This document shows, piece after piece, positions 52,341 through 62,716 of a DNA stretch of 64,000 nucleotides. The translations under genes and the position numbers were made by a program. Below the pieces are notes generated by a model. The model saw nothing but the letters and a program-made list of their open reading frames with translations. It had not been told where the DNA came from and ran no database searches. The stretch comes from an uncultured Methanoregulaceae archaeon. GTDB taxonomy: Archaea > Halobacteriota > Methanomicrobia > Methanomicrobiales > Methanospirillaceae. Location: positions 842,043-906,042 of the forward strand of contig CAWJAX010000003.1 of assembly GCA_963841015.1 (NCBI GenBank), in the 5' to 3' direction. Numbering within the stretch: the stretch's first letter is position 1; each line of letters begins with the position of its first letter.

Positions 52341-52412
52341 TCCATGGGTCAATTTTCCAGGTGAGGAGTTCTCCAGATTGAAAAATTAATAAATTTAACA
52401 CTAAATTTATCT

Positions 52413-52886
52413 ATGGGACTTTTTGTTGATTATGTCATAACATCTTCCACAATAATTGACGTGACTCCTGAACAGATCTGGAATTTTTTTTACCATATCG
52501 AGAAAAATTATGAAACCTGGCATGATGACCATGATTTTTGGCACTGGACGAAGGGAGACCCTCTTGAAGTAGGCTCAAAAATTGATTCTCAGGAAACCGT
52601 CGGGGGGCATAAAGGAGGAATAAAAGCAACGGTTATCGAGTCTGTTAAAAACCAAAAAATTGTGTTAAGGCCTGCCTGGCCTCTCTCTTTCATGTGTCCC
52701 AAACTCGAATGGATAATTGAAAAAAAAGGTGAAGATACATATTTTATCGCTCATACACACTATGTTTTCGGAAAAATATTCCTTACTTTTAAGAAAAAAT
52801 CCGTTGATGAAATTTTATTTTTAACACAGAAACACATGGAAGAAGAAGGAGAGAATTTGAAAAGAATCTTAGAGAAAAATAAATAG
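52413..52886 (+). CDS. SRPBCC-fold protein
   Basis: I..TPE.IW.F.......Y..WH.DH, HM.EEG.NLK..LE; noticeably AT-rich. Confidence 0.75.
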   Translation: MGLFVDYVITSSTIIDVTPEQIWNFFYHIEKNYETWHDDHDFWHWTKGDPLEVGSKIDSQETVGGHKGGIKATVIESVKNQKIVLRPAWPLSFMCPKLEWIIEKKGEDTYFIAHTHYVFGKIFLTFKKKSVDEILFLTQKHMEEEGENLKRILEKNK

Positions 52887-53060
52887 GATCTATTGAGTTC
52901 CTCATTGAGAATAAGAAGCAAGAACGTTGCATACAGTTTTACAAAGAGCGTTTGGTCGATACTCCCGGTTTCCGGAACCGGATGTCTGGCGTGTTTTCCC
53001 ATAAATGAAGAGAAATGCTTTGTAGAAGAGATTCATAGAGATATGCACAGTGAAAAAGTC

Positions 53061-53288
53061 ATGGCAAAAAAATCCAAGCCACCAGTTAAAGTGGAAAAAG
53101 CAGTAGTAAAAGAAGAAACCGAAGTCGTAAAAGAAGAGGCTCCAGCATCAGTTAAAGAAGAGACTACAGTATCAGGAAAAGAGGGGGAGGGAATTGATTT
53201 TTTCTATATACTTGCTGGGGGAGGGGCATTGATAGGAGTAATTCTTCTCATTTTTCTCATTTTCCGTTATGTGTTACATATGATATAA
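53061..53288 (+). CDS. Small Lys/Glu-rich protein with C-terminal TM anchor (75 aa)
   Basis: MAKKSKPPVKVEK, VKEE repeats, hydrophobic tail. Confidence 0.7.
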   Translation: MAKKSKPPVKVEKAVVKEETEVVKEEAPASVKEETTVSGKEGEGIDFFYILAGGGALIGVILLIFLIFRYVLHMI

Positions 53289-53431
53289 TTCTCGCAAATC
53301 GTCATTTTTTTACCCAATGCTGAACGATGCAGACAGATTTCATTTCTGAAGTTCCTCTCTTGTAGTCTTTTTTTATTTTAAAAAAATGAAAACGCAAATG
53401 TTTTCGTGTTTCCTTTCAAAACTACAGGGTA

Positions 53432-55246
53432 ATGGCTTTTCTCTCACCGTCGTCATCTAAAATTGTCAAAGCTCTTGGGGTTGTTTTTGGAGATATCGGC
53501 ACCAGCCCCATTTACACAATCGGTGCCATCCTGCTTTTTATCCTGCCCACAATAGAAAATATTCTCGGACTCCTCTCCCTCATTGTCTGGTCGCTAATTA
53601 TCATCATTTCCGTGCAATATGCATGGCTTGCCATGAATCTCGGAAGCAAGGGAGAGGGGGGAACAATAGTGCTCAAAGGTCTGCTCACTTCTGACCTGAA
53701 AAATCCACAGGCGATTTCGTTCGTATCTGTACTTACCCTAATCGGTGTAGCCCTTTTCATTGGGGATGGAGTGATTACTCCTGCCATCAGTATCCTGTCA
53801 GCGGTTGAAGGTATCCGGCTGATACCGGGGTTTGCCGGGATCTGGGGCGGGTGGATTCTATTGACCGGTATCTGTATTGCTTGTGCCTTGTTTATATTCC
53901 AGAAAAAAGGGACGGAGCGTGTCGCCTGGGCGTTCGGGCCGATCATGCTGGTCTGGTTTCTTTCTCTGGCGGTCACCGGGATAATCTCGATTGCATCCGC
54001 GCCGCAGGTTCTCCTTGCCCTCAGTCCATCATATGCCGTTGGCTTTCTGATGCAGAATGGCGTTGGATCGTTCATTATCCTTTCCGCAGTCCTTCTTTGT
54101 GTTACCGGGGGAGAAGCTCTCTATGCTGACATGGGTCATCTCGGGAAAGAGCCGATTATTAAGGGATGGTATTGTATATTCCCGGCCCTTGTTCTCAGCT
54201 ACTTCGGGCAGGGAGCCTACGTTCTCAATAATCCGGAATCACACAGCATTCTGTTCAGCATGGTACAGGATCAGGCAGCTTTGCTCTATGTCCCGTTCCT
54301 CCTTCTCAGTATTTGTGCAACCATCATCGCATCGCAGGCAATGATCTCAGGAATGTTCTCGATTATGTACCAGGGAATGATGACCCAGATCATTCCCAAG
54401 ATGAAAATTGAATTTACTTCACCGGAACTAAGATCGCAGATCTACATTGACGCCGTGAACTGGATGCTGCTTGCAGCTGTGCTTGTTGTTATGCTGGAGT
54501 TCAAAACCTCGGAAAACCTTGCATCAGCATATGGCCTTGCAGTTGCCGGCACCATGACTATCTCGGCAATTATGATGACTATGATCTTCACGATACGGTT
54601 GGATCTCTTCAGGGCAATTATTTCCAGTGTGCTGATTGTTGTGGATCTTATCTTCTTCCTCTCGGCATTTCTCAAGATCCCCCAGGGTGCGTACTGGTCG
54701 TTCATCATCGCAGCGGTACCATTGGTTATCATCGTTACATTCATACTTGGACAGGAGAAACTTCATCGCATGCTTAAACCTGTACAATTGGATGAGTTCC
54801 TTGCCGTCTACCAGAAAAAGTTCACCGAACTTCCTAAGGTTCATGGCACAGCACTCTTTTTTACCGCTGACAATGACCGCATATCCCCGTATATTCCCCA
54901 GGTGATGTTCAAGAACGAAATCCTGTACGAAAACAATATTCTCATCTCTATCCGGATAACCGATTTTCCGTTCGGAGTCTATACCGGATATGACCGCGAT
55001 ATTGCTCCGGGCCTTCATACGTTCATTGTAACAACCGGCTATATGGAAATCATTGATATCATCGGTCTCTTACGAAGTGAAGGTATCGAGGAAAAAACAA
55101 TCTTTTACGGCATGGAGAATGTTATCAGCGACAGATTCTTCTGGAAGCTGTACGGGCTGTTAAAGAAAGTGACCCCGGCTTTTGTCCACTTCTACGATCT
55201 GCCCCCGGAGAAAATTCACGGGGTCATAACTCGGGTGGTGATGTAG
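53432..55246 (+). CDS. kup: KUP/HAK/KT potassium transporter
   Basis: LGVVFGDIGTSPIY, GEGG, GDGVITPAIS, TGGEALYADMGH, IASQA.ISG, LASAYG.AV. Confidence 0.97.
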   Translation: MAFLSPSSSKIVKALGVVFGDIGTSPIYTIGAILLFILPTIENILGLLSLIVWSLIIIISVQYAWLAMNLGSKGEGGTIVLKGLLTSDLKNPQAISFVSVLTLIGVALFIGDGVITPAISILSAVEGIRLIPGFAGIWGGWILLTGICIACALFIFQKKGTERVAWAFGPIMLVWFLSLAVTGIISIASAPQVLLALSPSYAVGFLMQNGVGSFIILSAVLLCVTGGEALYADMGHLGKEPIIKGWYCIFPALVLSYFGQGAYVLNNPESHSILFSMVQDQAALLYVPFLLLSICATIIASQAMISGMFSIMYQGMMTQIIPKMKIEFTSPELRSQIYIDAVNWMLLAAVLVVMLEFKTSENLASAYGLAVAGTMTISAIMMTMIFTIRLDLFRAIISSVLIVVDLIFFLSAFLKIPQGAYWSFIIAAVPLVIIVTFILGQEKLHRMLKPVQLDEFLAVYQKKFTELPKVHGTALFFTADNDRISPYIPQVMFKNEILYENNILISIRITDFPFGVYTGYDRDIAPGLHTFIVTTGYMEIIDIIGLLRSEGIEEKTIFYGMENVISDRFFWKLYGLLKKVTPAFVHFYDLPPEKIHGVITRVVM

Positions 55247-55427
55247 CAAAAACGGGTTCCGCCGGAGCATGCAGTGTAAATTTTCAAAGTGAAAATATAC
55301 TACAGCACACTCCACCAGAAGGGGTTTGTCTTTCAGATTTCCGGATTTATCTCAACGGAATCTTTATAATGAAACGCAATAACTGTAGCAATAGGTTTCA
55401 TAGGTTCCTGTGAATGGGATTATTTCG

Positions 55428-56468
55428 ATGAAAAAAGTAGTGATTGAAGTTCCAAAAGATAAATCGGATAAAATTCAGTCTAAATTTAAGGATACTCTTT
55501 TTTCTATCGATGAAAGGGAAAAATCAACCAGATTCACTCTCTATGTTCCCGAGGAGATGCTGGATCAACTGATCCTTCAGACCAATGGTTCTATCAAGAA
55601 ACCAACAGGAATTCGGCCGGTCTGGACGGGAATTATTCCTGATTATGATAGTCTGGTCAATGAGGATGACCGTATCACGCTCATTGAAGTCTCCACACCA
55701 GATTTTGTTATCTCCCCCTTCGTACAAAAACTCAAAGAACGTTTAGGATACACCGAAAAAAAGGAGGATAAAACCCCGATCGAGAAGATTATTGCATCAA
55801 CGGAATCGTATACGGAATTCGATCAGAAAAAATTTATCCTCGCTGCCATTGCCGGATTAGTGGCAATGATTGGTTTATTTCTGAACAATATCGGCATCAT
55901 TATCGGTGCTATGCTGATATCTCCCTTGCTTGGTCCGATTTATGCATTGGCAGTCTATGTTGCGATTGGAGATGTAAAAACAACGCTGCGTTGTATCGAA
56001 ATATTGGGATTGATGGTGCTTATGCTGGTGAGCATTGCCGCGATTGCCTCTTTTGCACTCTCGTTTATCATCGACCTTTCGCTCACTCCGGAGATACTAT
56101 CCCGAACGGATCCTAATGCAATATATATTTTGATGGCAGTTTTGCTTGGATTTGCCACCATGATCGCTCTGTCAAAGGGAATTCCCGAAGGAATAGCCGG
56201 GGTGGCGATTGCAGCCGCACTCCTCCCTCCAGCGGTGGTGACAGGGATAACACTGGCTCTGTATCCCGAGGGAACCGTAAAAGCTTTTATTCTTACTCTT
56301 CAGAATGTCGTTGGCCTCATCGCGGGTAGTATCATCGGTGTCATGTTTCTTCATATCGGTCCAAGGAGTCTCTTTGCACAGATCCAGTCACGTAAGATTA
56401 TTATTCGTGTTGGGTGGTTCCTGGCGATTCTCATCGGATTTCTGGTGATCATCTCGTTCCTCGTATGA
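55428..56468 (+). CDS. TIGR00341 / DUF389 membrane protein
   Basis: IIGAMLISPLLGP, EILSRT.P, GVAIAAALLPP. Confidence 0.9.
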   Translation: MKKVVIEVPKDKSDKIQSKFKDTLFSIDEREKSTRFTLYVPEEMLDQLILQTNGSIKKPTGIRPVWTGIIPDYDSLVNEDDRITLIEVSTPDFVISPFVQKLKERLGYTEKKEDKTPIEKIIASTESYTEFDQKKFILAAIAGLVAMIGLFLNNIGIIIGAMLISPLLGPIYALAVYVAIGDVKTTLRCIEILGLMVLMLVSIAAIASFALSFIIDLSLTPEILSRTDPNAIYILMAVLLGFATMIALSKGIPEGIAGVAIAAALLPPAVVTGITLALYPEGTVKAFILTLQNVVGLIAGSIIGVMFLHIGPRSLFAQIQSRKIIIRVGWFLAILIGFLVIISFLV

Positions 56469-56579
56469 GAATGCTCAAGAGGTAGGAAGGTTTTTTCAGA
56501 GAAACTAAAACAGTGCGTTTTTATGTTTTATATGAGGTTTTATTGCGTTACTATGCCACAGACCCGAAACAATTACGGC

Positions 56580-57305
56580 TTATCGGAAAATATCCGGTTT
56601 TACAATCCGGTATTCCACCAGTCCCCCGGCATCGAATACTTTGATTTCAACCGGTCTGCCCTGCCGGTACCGCTGCATACGATCATAATACACTTCCGGA
56701 GCATGCCGGAGGTCATGCACGGTAAAATATTCGTGAATGGTTTCAAGGAATGATATCTGCTGGGTGAGGAATGCATTCTCATATTCCTTGACTTCCTGAG
56801 CAAGCGTGAGACACTCCCCGAAAAGGATTGTAGGATCATATCTCCCATGACTGCCCTTGCGGGCAAATTGTCGCCAGGCAACATGGCCAGGTGCACCAGC
56901 GCTTCGACGGAGCATATGTGGGTAGATACGACATCCGGAAAATCTCTGATCATAGATCCTGCATTTCCCGTCTTCAAAAAACCAGCAGGATCCGTTCGTA
57001 TCATCTTTCATCCGGAGTGCATACCCCGAAACATACAACATTCCGTTCTGGTCGCAGAACTCCGGGTCCGGAGCAGGCTCATACGCATCAGGATCGATCC
57101 TTCTCACCTCGGTCACATCGTGGTCCAGAAGAAAGATATGGTTGTTGATCACCCTTGTGCAGCACTCCCCGCAACAAGTACACCGGAACCTGGCTGACCA
57201 GATATCACTTGCCATCTGTTCAAGAGGATATGCAAAAAGACGGTTTCTTTCGTGTATTAGTGCGATAATACGGTAGGGAATCTGGATATCAGAAGCAGCG
57301 ACCAT
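56580..57305 (-). CDS. YkgJ family cysteine-cluster protein
   Basis: FRCTCCGECC, C.F.....C.IY..R...CRIYP. Confidence 0.88.
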   Translation of the reverse strand: MVAASDIQIPYRIIALIHERNRLFAYPLEQMASDIWSARFRCTCCGECCTRVINNHIFLLDHDVTEVRRIDPDAYEPAPDPEFCDQNGMLYVSGYALRMKDDTNGSCWFFEDGKCRIYDQRFSGCRIYPHMLRRSAGAPGHVAWRQFARKGSHGRYDPTILFGECLTLAQEVKEYENAFLTQQISFLETIHEYFTVHDLRHAPEVYYDRMQRYRQGRPVEIKVFDAGGLVEYRIVKPDIFR

Positions 57306-58150
57306 CAGGATACACCCCTTTCAAACTCGATACTGGTAATGGTAAACTCTCTATTTGCGTATTCGCCGTCAGGAAGGATCAGTTCCGATGAAATTTGCCG
57401 GGGTATTTTATATCCCTGCACATCTGTATAGTCAGAGAAATTGTGCATAAAATGGCCTGGGTAAGGCCTGCCGGTCTCCGAATGATCCCTGTGACATGCC
57501 TCGATGCTCCGGATTAGTCCTGTACCATCGAAATGGACAAGAGCTTCAGCGCGGAGATCGTTGTCCCTGATGAATGCCCGTGCCGTTGAATCACTCACGT
57601 TCTTCCATTCCAGCGATATACCCGGAACAAGGGCCATAGGGAAGAGGGGTGCACTGGCCAGATACCGGAAGAGTGAGGATGTTTTTATCTTTTCACCATA
57701 TGCATTGTCAAGAGGGTAGACCGAGAACAGGTTGAGATGCATTCCCGCTTCGCGATGCACGTAATAGTCGAACGCTTCGATCCATACACCGGGTAAATAG
57801 GCAATTTTTGCATACCACACAAAACCCGGTGTTGCAAGAGAGAAAACAGCCTCTCCCCGCATTTTCATCCATCGTCCTTTTTTCCCGTATCTGAACCTTC
57901 CCGCATGCTGGATATGTACGCACCCGACAGGATCGGTATTCTTACCTATCGTCCATGACAAATAGCGTGATACCGGTTCTGGATCAGATGGAATACACAT
58001 AGTCGCGGGTAAAGGTGCATAATCAATTATCAGGTGAAGAAAGAGGGACTGGTGCTCGACCATGGTGGCGAAAAGATCGCTCCCGATTATTATGATGAGC
58101 AGAAAAATCGCGGCCCACACAAGAAAACCGAACGTGAGCTCAACAAGCAT
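57305..58150 (-). CDS. DUF6544-like membrane-anchored protein
   Basis: N-terminal TM segment; P.PV.RYL, PGF.W.A, D.Y....G.M, RYL......P; family recalled, not verified. Confidence 0.65.
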   Translation of the reverse strand: MLVELTFGFLVWAAIFLLIIIIGSDLFATMVEHQSLFLHLIIDYAPLPATMCIPSDPEPVSRYLSWTIGKNTDPVGCVHIQHAGRFRYGKKGRWMKMRGEAVFSLATPGFVWYAKIAYLPGVWIEAFDYYVHREAGMHLNLFSVYPLDNAYGEKIKTSSLFRYLASAPLFPMALVPGISLEWKNVSDSTARAFIRDNDLRAEALVHFDGTGLIRSIEACHRDHSETGRPYPGHFMHNFSDYTDVQGYKIPRQISSELILPDGEYANREFTITSIEFERGVS

Positions 58151-59199
58151 CAGCTGTTCCCACTACTCCGCATCCAGATATCCACTTGCCGGAATGGAAT
58201 TTCAATTCCTTCATTACGGAAGTACTCATCGATACGGGAATTGACATAATCCTGGACATCCCATGAATTGTCAAAGTTGTTTGTCCAGAGAATAAGCTGT
58301 CCGTTCTTGCTGGATTCCCCGAATTCAAGAAAATACACTGATGGAGATGGATCTAATACCACCCACGGAGTCTTCTCTGCTGCCTCATGGGCTATTTCAA
58401 GGAGAATGCGTTTTACCCGGGCAATATCGGTTCCGTACGCTACAGAAAACGGAATCCTCACTTTCATTTTGAAATCCGGTTGGGCATAATTTACAACAAT
58501 ATTTGATGTGATTTTTGAATTTGGAATGGTAACGATTTGACTGTCCAGTGTTTTCAACCGCGTACTCCTAGGGCCGACACTGACGATATCGCCGAAATAA
58601 TTATCGAACTTGATCCGGTCACCGATCTTGAACGGTTTGTCCATGGTAATAATTGCTCCTCCGAGAAAATTCCCGAGGATATCCTGGGCGGCTAGAGCAA
58701 TAGCAAGTCCTGCAATCCCGGCAGCCGCGAGGAGCGGGGTAATATCTATATTAAAATTTTTTAAAAGGAGAAGAAAAGCAACAAACCATATCAGGTACTT
58801 GGAGGCAATCTCGAGCATCGGTAGCAGCCGGTCATGGAATTCCGGATCCGTTTTTGCTGCTATGATTGTTCCGTAGGTCACCAAAAGGGTATAGGAAAAT
58901 GACGATACAATCCACGCTCCGATCAGAATAAAAAATGCATTCACCCACTGATCAATATTAACGGGATATCCTGCGATAGTTTCGGGCAGAATCCCAAAAT
59001 AGGTCAACGCTATGTATATCGATACGGCAATAATCGTGATTACCAGCGGTTTTCCAACTGACGACAGCAGGATGTCATCAAGTTGTGACTCGGTTTCGGA
59101 TGCCTTCTTTTTCAACCAACGGATAATGATATAAGTAATTCCCGCTGCGAAGAAGCCGAAAATAATTGTGAGGATGGCATAGAATATTCCAGGATCCAT
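58150..59199 (-). CDS. mscS: Small-conductance mechanosensitive channel
   Basis: GIAGLAIALAAQD...N..GG, DKPFKIGD, R.T......V.IPNS, IEIPF.Q. Confidence 0.95.
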   Translation of the reverse strand: MDPGIFYAILTIIFGFFAAGITYIIIRWLKKKASETESQLDDILLSSVGKPLVITIIAVSIYIALTYFGILPETIAGYPVNIDQWVNAFFILIGAWIVSSFSYTLLVTYGTIIAAKTDPEFHDRLLPMLEIASKYLIWFVAFLLLLKNFNIDITPLLAAAGIAGLAIALAAQDILGNFLGGAIITMDKPFKIGDRIKFDNYFGDIVSVGPRSTRLKTLDSQIVTIPNSKITSNIVVNYAQPDFKMKVRIPFSVAYGTDIARVKRILLEIAHEAAEKTPWVVLDPSPSVYFLEFGESSKNGQLILWTNNFDNSWDVQDYVNSRIDEYFRNEGIEIPFRQVDIWMRSSGNS

Positions 59200-59247
59200 T
59201 ATATACCCATCCTTGTCCTGATCTCAGGTAAACCAGGCAAATTCACC

Positions 59248-60102
59248 TCAATCAACCCCAGATAATTTCTTATACCAGACATTCATGCTCTCCAGCGACC
59301 CGCAGATGTTGGTATTGTTGGGGAGCAGTCCCCCGTACTGGTATCCCGCACCGGCAAATACGATATTGACCGGGCGTGAAATGGCCCGTGCGATGGTATA
59401 TGTTAGCAGGATCCCCTCTTTTTTCAAATCGGTTTCCATCGAATGGAGGAGTATTCCGGCAAAGCCCATTCCCCGAAAGGATGGATTAGTGGCAAAATCA
59501 GACACCTCAGCATTCAGGTTCTCACCATCAATCTCACAGGATGCCACGGCCGCCAGCTGGTAGGATTTTCTGATGATAAAATACCGGACCTGCCCCTGCA
59601 TGGATTTGCGGATATATTCTGGATCAAAAATGGGAAACGGATAGGTCTTGAAAACCGAATGGTACAGTGCTGCAATCTCCTTTGAGTCTCCTGCATGGGC
59701 ATGCTTCAGAGAAAATCCCTCCAACAGCTCATACGAGGATCTCTCTCCTGCATACCCGAATGCTGCTGACAATACGTCCGCAATTATGGATGCATGGGGG
59801 ACCTCTTTCCTGCCAGGATCAGTATATTTCGCCATGAATACCGCAGAATCTTTACCACGGAAGAGGTATGGGACAGTAGCTTCCGTGACATACCCGGCAT
59901 TGGCAAAAATTTCCACGGAAGATTCCGGTACCTTGACAAAGATTTTGGTATAACCCTCCTTATGGGTGAGATCATCTGCGTATCGGATGATGTCAGGAAT
60001 ATCTCCCGGGGCTAGTCTCATGACATAGACCCGGTTGTTGATCCGGCCGTGCTGGACGACGCTGTTCCCACGGTGCAGGACTTCATCACACTGCATCGTC
60101 AT
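59248..60102 (-). CDS. ablB: beta-lysine N6-acetyltransferase
   Basis: QHG..N.R.Y, YTKIF.K, F.TYPFP, AE..DFAT....RG, TIARA, NNTNI.G..ESMNVWYK; AAGGAGG RBS. Confidence 0.93.
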   Translation of the reverse strand: MTMQCDEVLHRGNSVVQHGRINNRVYVMRLAPGDIPDIIRYADDLTHKEGYTKIFVKVPESSVEIFANAGYVTEATVPYLFRGKDSAVFMAKYTDPGRKEVPHASIIADVLSAAFGYAGERSSYELLEGFSLKHAHAGDSKEIAALYHSVFKTYPFPIFDPEYIRKSMQGQVRYFIIRKSYQLAAVASCEIDGENLNAEVSDFATNPSFRGMGFAGILLHSMETDLKKEGILLTYTIARAISRPVNIVFAGAGYQYGGLLPNNTNICGSLESMNVWYKKLSGVD

Positions 60103-61545
60103 TCCTCCTTTCAATCCGGTCGGTATTTGCCGGGATAAGGGTCGTAGTCTCATCGTAATCAGCAAGCAGTTTTGCTACACCAACGACTTTTGACTCATCA
60201 GCCCGGTCGATATTCAGCTGCAGCTTGCACACGTCACAATCGCCATTGCAGAAGATGCGGTCATAGTTCGCGGGTTCCTGGTATGTGCATATCATTCCTT
60301 CGTAATTGCGCAGCACGACTTTATGCACCGACCATGTCAGCAGGTAGTTGGGGAATATGGGGATCTTTCCCCGCCCCCCGGTGCATCGAGCACGTAGCGC
60401 GGGACGGCAAATCCACTGGTGTGGCCAACGAGGTTCTCCATGATCTCAATTCCTTTGGAGACCGGGGTACGGAAATGGCTGATACCTTCTGACAGGTCGC
60501 ACTGATACAGGTAATACGGGCGGATACGATTTTTTACGAGCTGGTGGACGAGCGCTTTCATAATACGGGGGCAGTCATTGATCCCGGCAAGGAGTACGGA
60601 CTGATTGCCAAGAGGGATGCCGGCGTCGGCGAGTTTTGCCACCGCGACCTGGGCGGATTCGGTCATCTCCTTGGGGTGGTTGAACTGCATGTTCACCCAG
60701 AGCGGATGGTGTTTTTTCAGCATGGCGACAAGTTCATCAGTGACCCTGAACGGCAGAGTAACTGGCACACGGGTCCCAATCCGTATTACTTCTACATGAG
60801 GGATGGCGCGGAGCTCAGTGAGGATCCAGTCAAGATAATCATCGCTGAGCATGAACGGGTCGCCCCCGGAAAGGAGTACGTCGCGAATTTGTGGCGTGTT
60901 CCGGATATAATCAATGCCCGCGAGGATCTCTTCCCGATCAGGAATCGAATCAACATCGCCGACTTTGCGTTTCCGCGTACAGTGCCGGCAGTACATCGCA
61001 CAGGTATTGCTGACAAGGAACAGCACCCGGTCAGGATACCTATGCGTGATACAGGAACAGGGGCTGTCTTTATCCTCTGCCAGTGGATCGGAGAGCTCAT
61101 AATGTTCGATGATCAGCTCCTGCGGTGACGGGAATGCCTGTTTGAAAATCGGATCATTCTGGTAATCATTCACATCAATTAGGGAGAGGTAATAAGGGGT
61201 GATGTTGAGAGGAAATTTATCGATCGTTTTCTGGAGCTGTTCCCGCTCCTCCCTATTGAAACGGATGCCAAGGACCTGTTCAACGGTGGCAAGATCCCGA
61301 ATTGCATGCCGGATCTGCCACCGCCAGTCCTTCCAGAACTCGGGAGTCTTTTCAGTATCAATGGTTTTCCTGATGATCGAAAGATCACCGGGTTTTTCTC
61401 CCCCCTCGTACAATCCTTTCAAGACAGATATTATGTCCTTAGCCCTGTTTTTTACCTGACTCCCAAGATCCTTTACGGAATTCAGGGTACCGGCAGATAC
61501 CCCGCTATCCTTTGGCTTTTTCAGGTCACTGGATTTACCGGTCAT
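60086..61545 (-). CDS. ablA: Lysine 2,3-aminomutase; -1 frameshift in the G-run near 60370
   Basis: [42 protein letters not shown](G)KIP, C-terminal C...C..C; directly upstream of ablB. Confidence 0.95.
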
Positions 61546-61559
61546 GATAACCTGACCCT

Positions 61560-62707
61560 TCAGAACAACCAGTGCATCTTCGGCATTTTCACGGGCAGGA
61601 TATCGCTGATTTGGGTAGCATGGTGCCGGTAATCGTCAAACCACCGGGCTACAGGGTTGCTCTTAAAGACCATAAACTTCCCTATGTTTGCCGTATCAGC
61701 TGACTGGTGATACCGCATGAAGACATGTTCAGCAGTCTTTCCTACAACCTCAATCTTGCCCGTAGCATGCGACATGACAAACCGGGCCCGTTTCGCAAGA
61801 CCGGAACAGGCCTGCCAGGATTTCTGGATAATCTCGTACGACTGTTCAACAGGTACCTGGAAGATAAGGTTACCCAGTGAAGGCCGGCACTGGAAGACAT
61901 AATAGGGGGAGATCCCCGCAAATGAGAGTTTCCGGAAGAGACTGGTGAATATTTCCGGCTCACTGTTAATACCATTGAGGATGGGAGTCTGGCTGACTAC
62001 CATGACACCCGCTTTCTGCAGTTCGTGAGCCGCCCGGATTGACACGTCCGTCAGTTCCTTTGGGTGGTTGAAATGTGCCATCAGGTAAACACGCTTTTCC
62101 GGTGTGCTGTACCGCGACAGGACATAGAGGAGATTCGGATCGTTGAGAATCCGGTAGGGGTTATAGGCAAGCATCTTGCTGCCGATACGGATAATGTTGA
62201 CATGCTCGATCTCCCGCGGACTGTCGCAGGACAGATTCAAGGTGCCGTGTTTCGAGCATGAGGGGATCACCCCCGGTTAATAAGACGTTTGTTATCTCTT
62301 TGTGATCACGGATATACTCGATATTTTCAGAAATATCCTTTACGGTCTCACGCTCACAGGACATGAACAACCGTTTCCGGAAACAGAAGCGGCAGATACC
62401 CCCACAGAGATCGGTAAGGAGCAGGAGGCCGGTCTGATTATATTTATGCTGAAGACCGGGTTTTTTGGTATAATCTTTTTCACACGAAGGATCCGTTGAT
62501 CCCCCGGTTTTGAGTTCATGAGAATCAGGAATAACAATCCTGCGCAGCGGATCGTGATCGTCTTTCCAATCGATAAGCGAGAGATAATACTCATTGGAAC
62601 GGAACGGGAACTTGTCCGTTACCATCTCCATCTTCTCTATCGCTTTCGGGGCGAGCCCGACAAAGTTGTCGAGATCGGAAATTGATGTTATGTACCTTAG
62701 GATTCAT
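61560..62707 (-). CDS. Second KamA-family radical SAM aminomutase-like protein; frameshifts near 62695 and 62220
   Basis: [62 protein letters not shown]. Confidence 0.9.
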
Positions 62708-62716
62708 TTCTTCACC

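Noticed and set aside
56466-56478. GAGAATGCTCAA resembling the repeat's terminal motif
   Set aside because: Only about 12 bp with an indel and no adjacent body of the element; could be chance.
60337-60380. Programmed frameshifting or phase variation in ablA (and in fwdA, fwdC, fwdD)
   Set aside because: These are isolated single-base shifts in otherwise undecayed genes with no shared slippery signal. Sequencing error is more parsimonious, though reads are needed to confirm.
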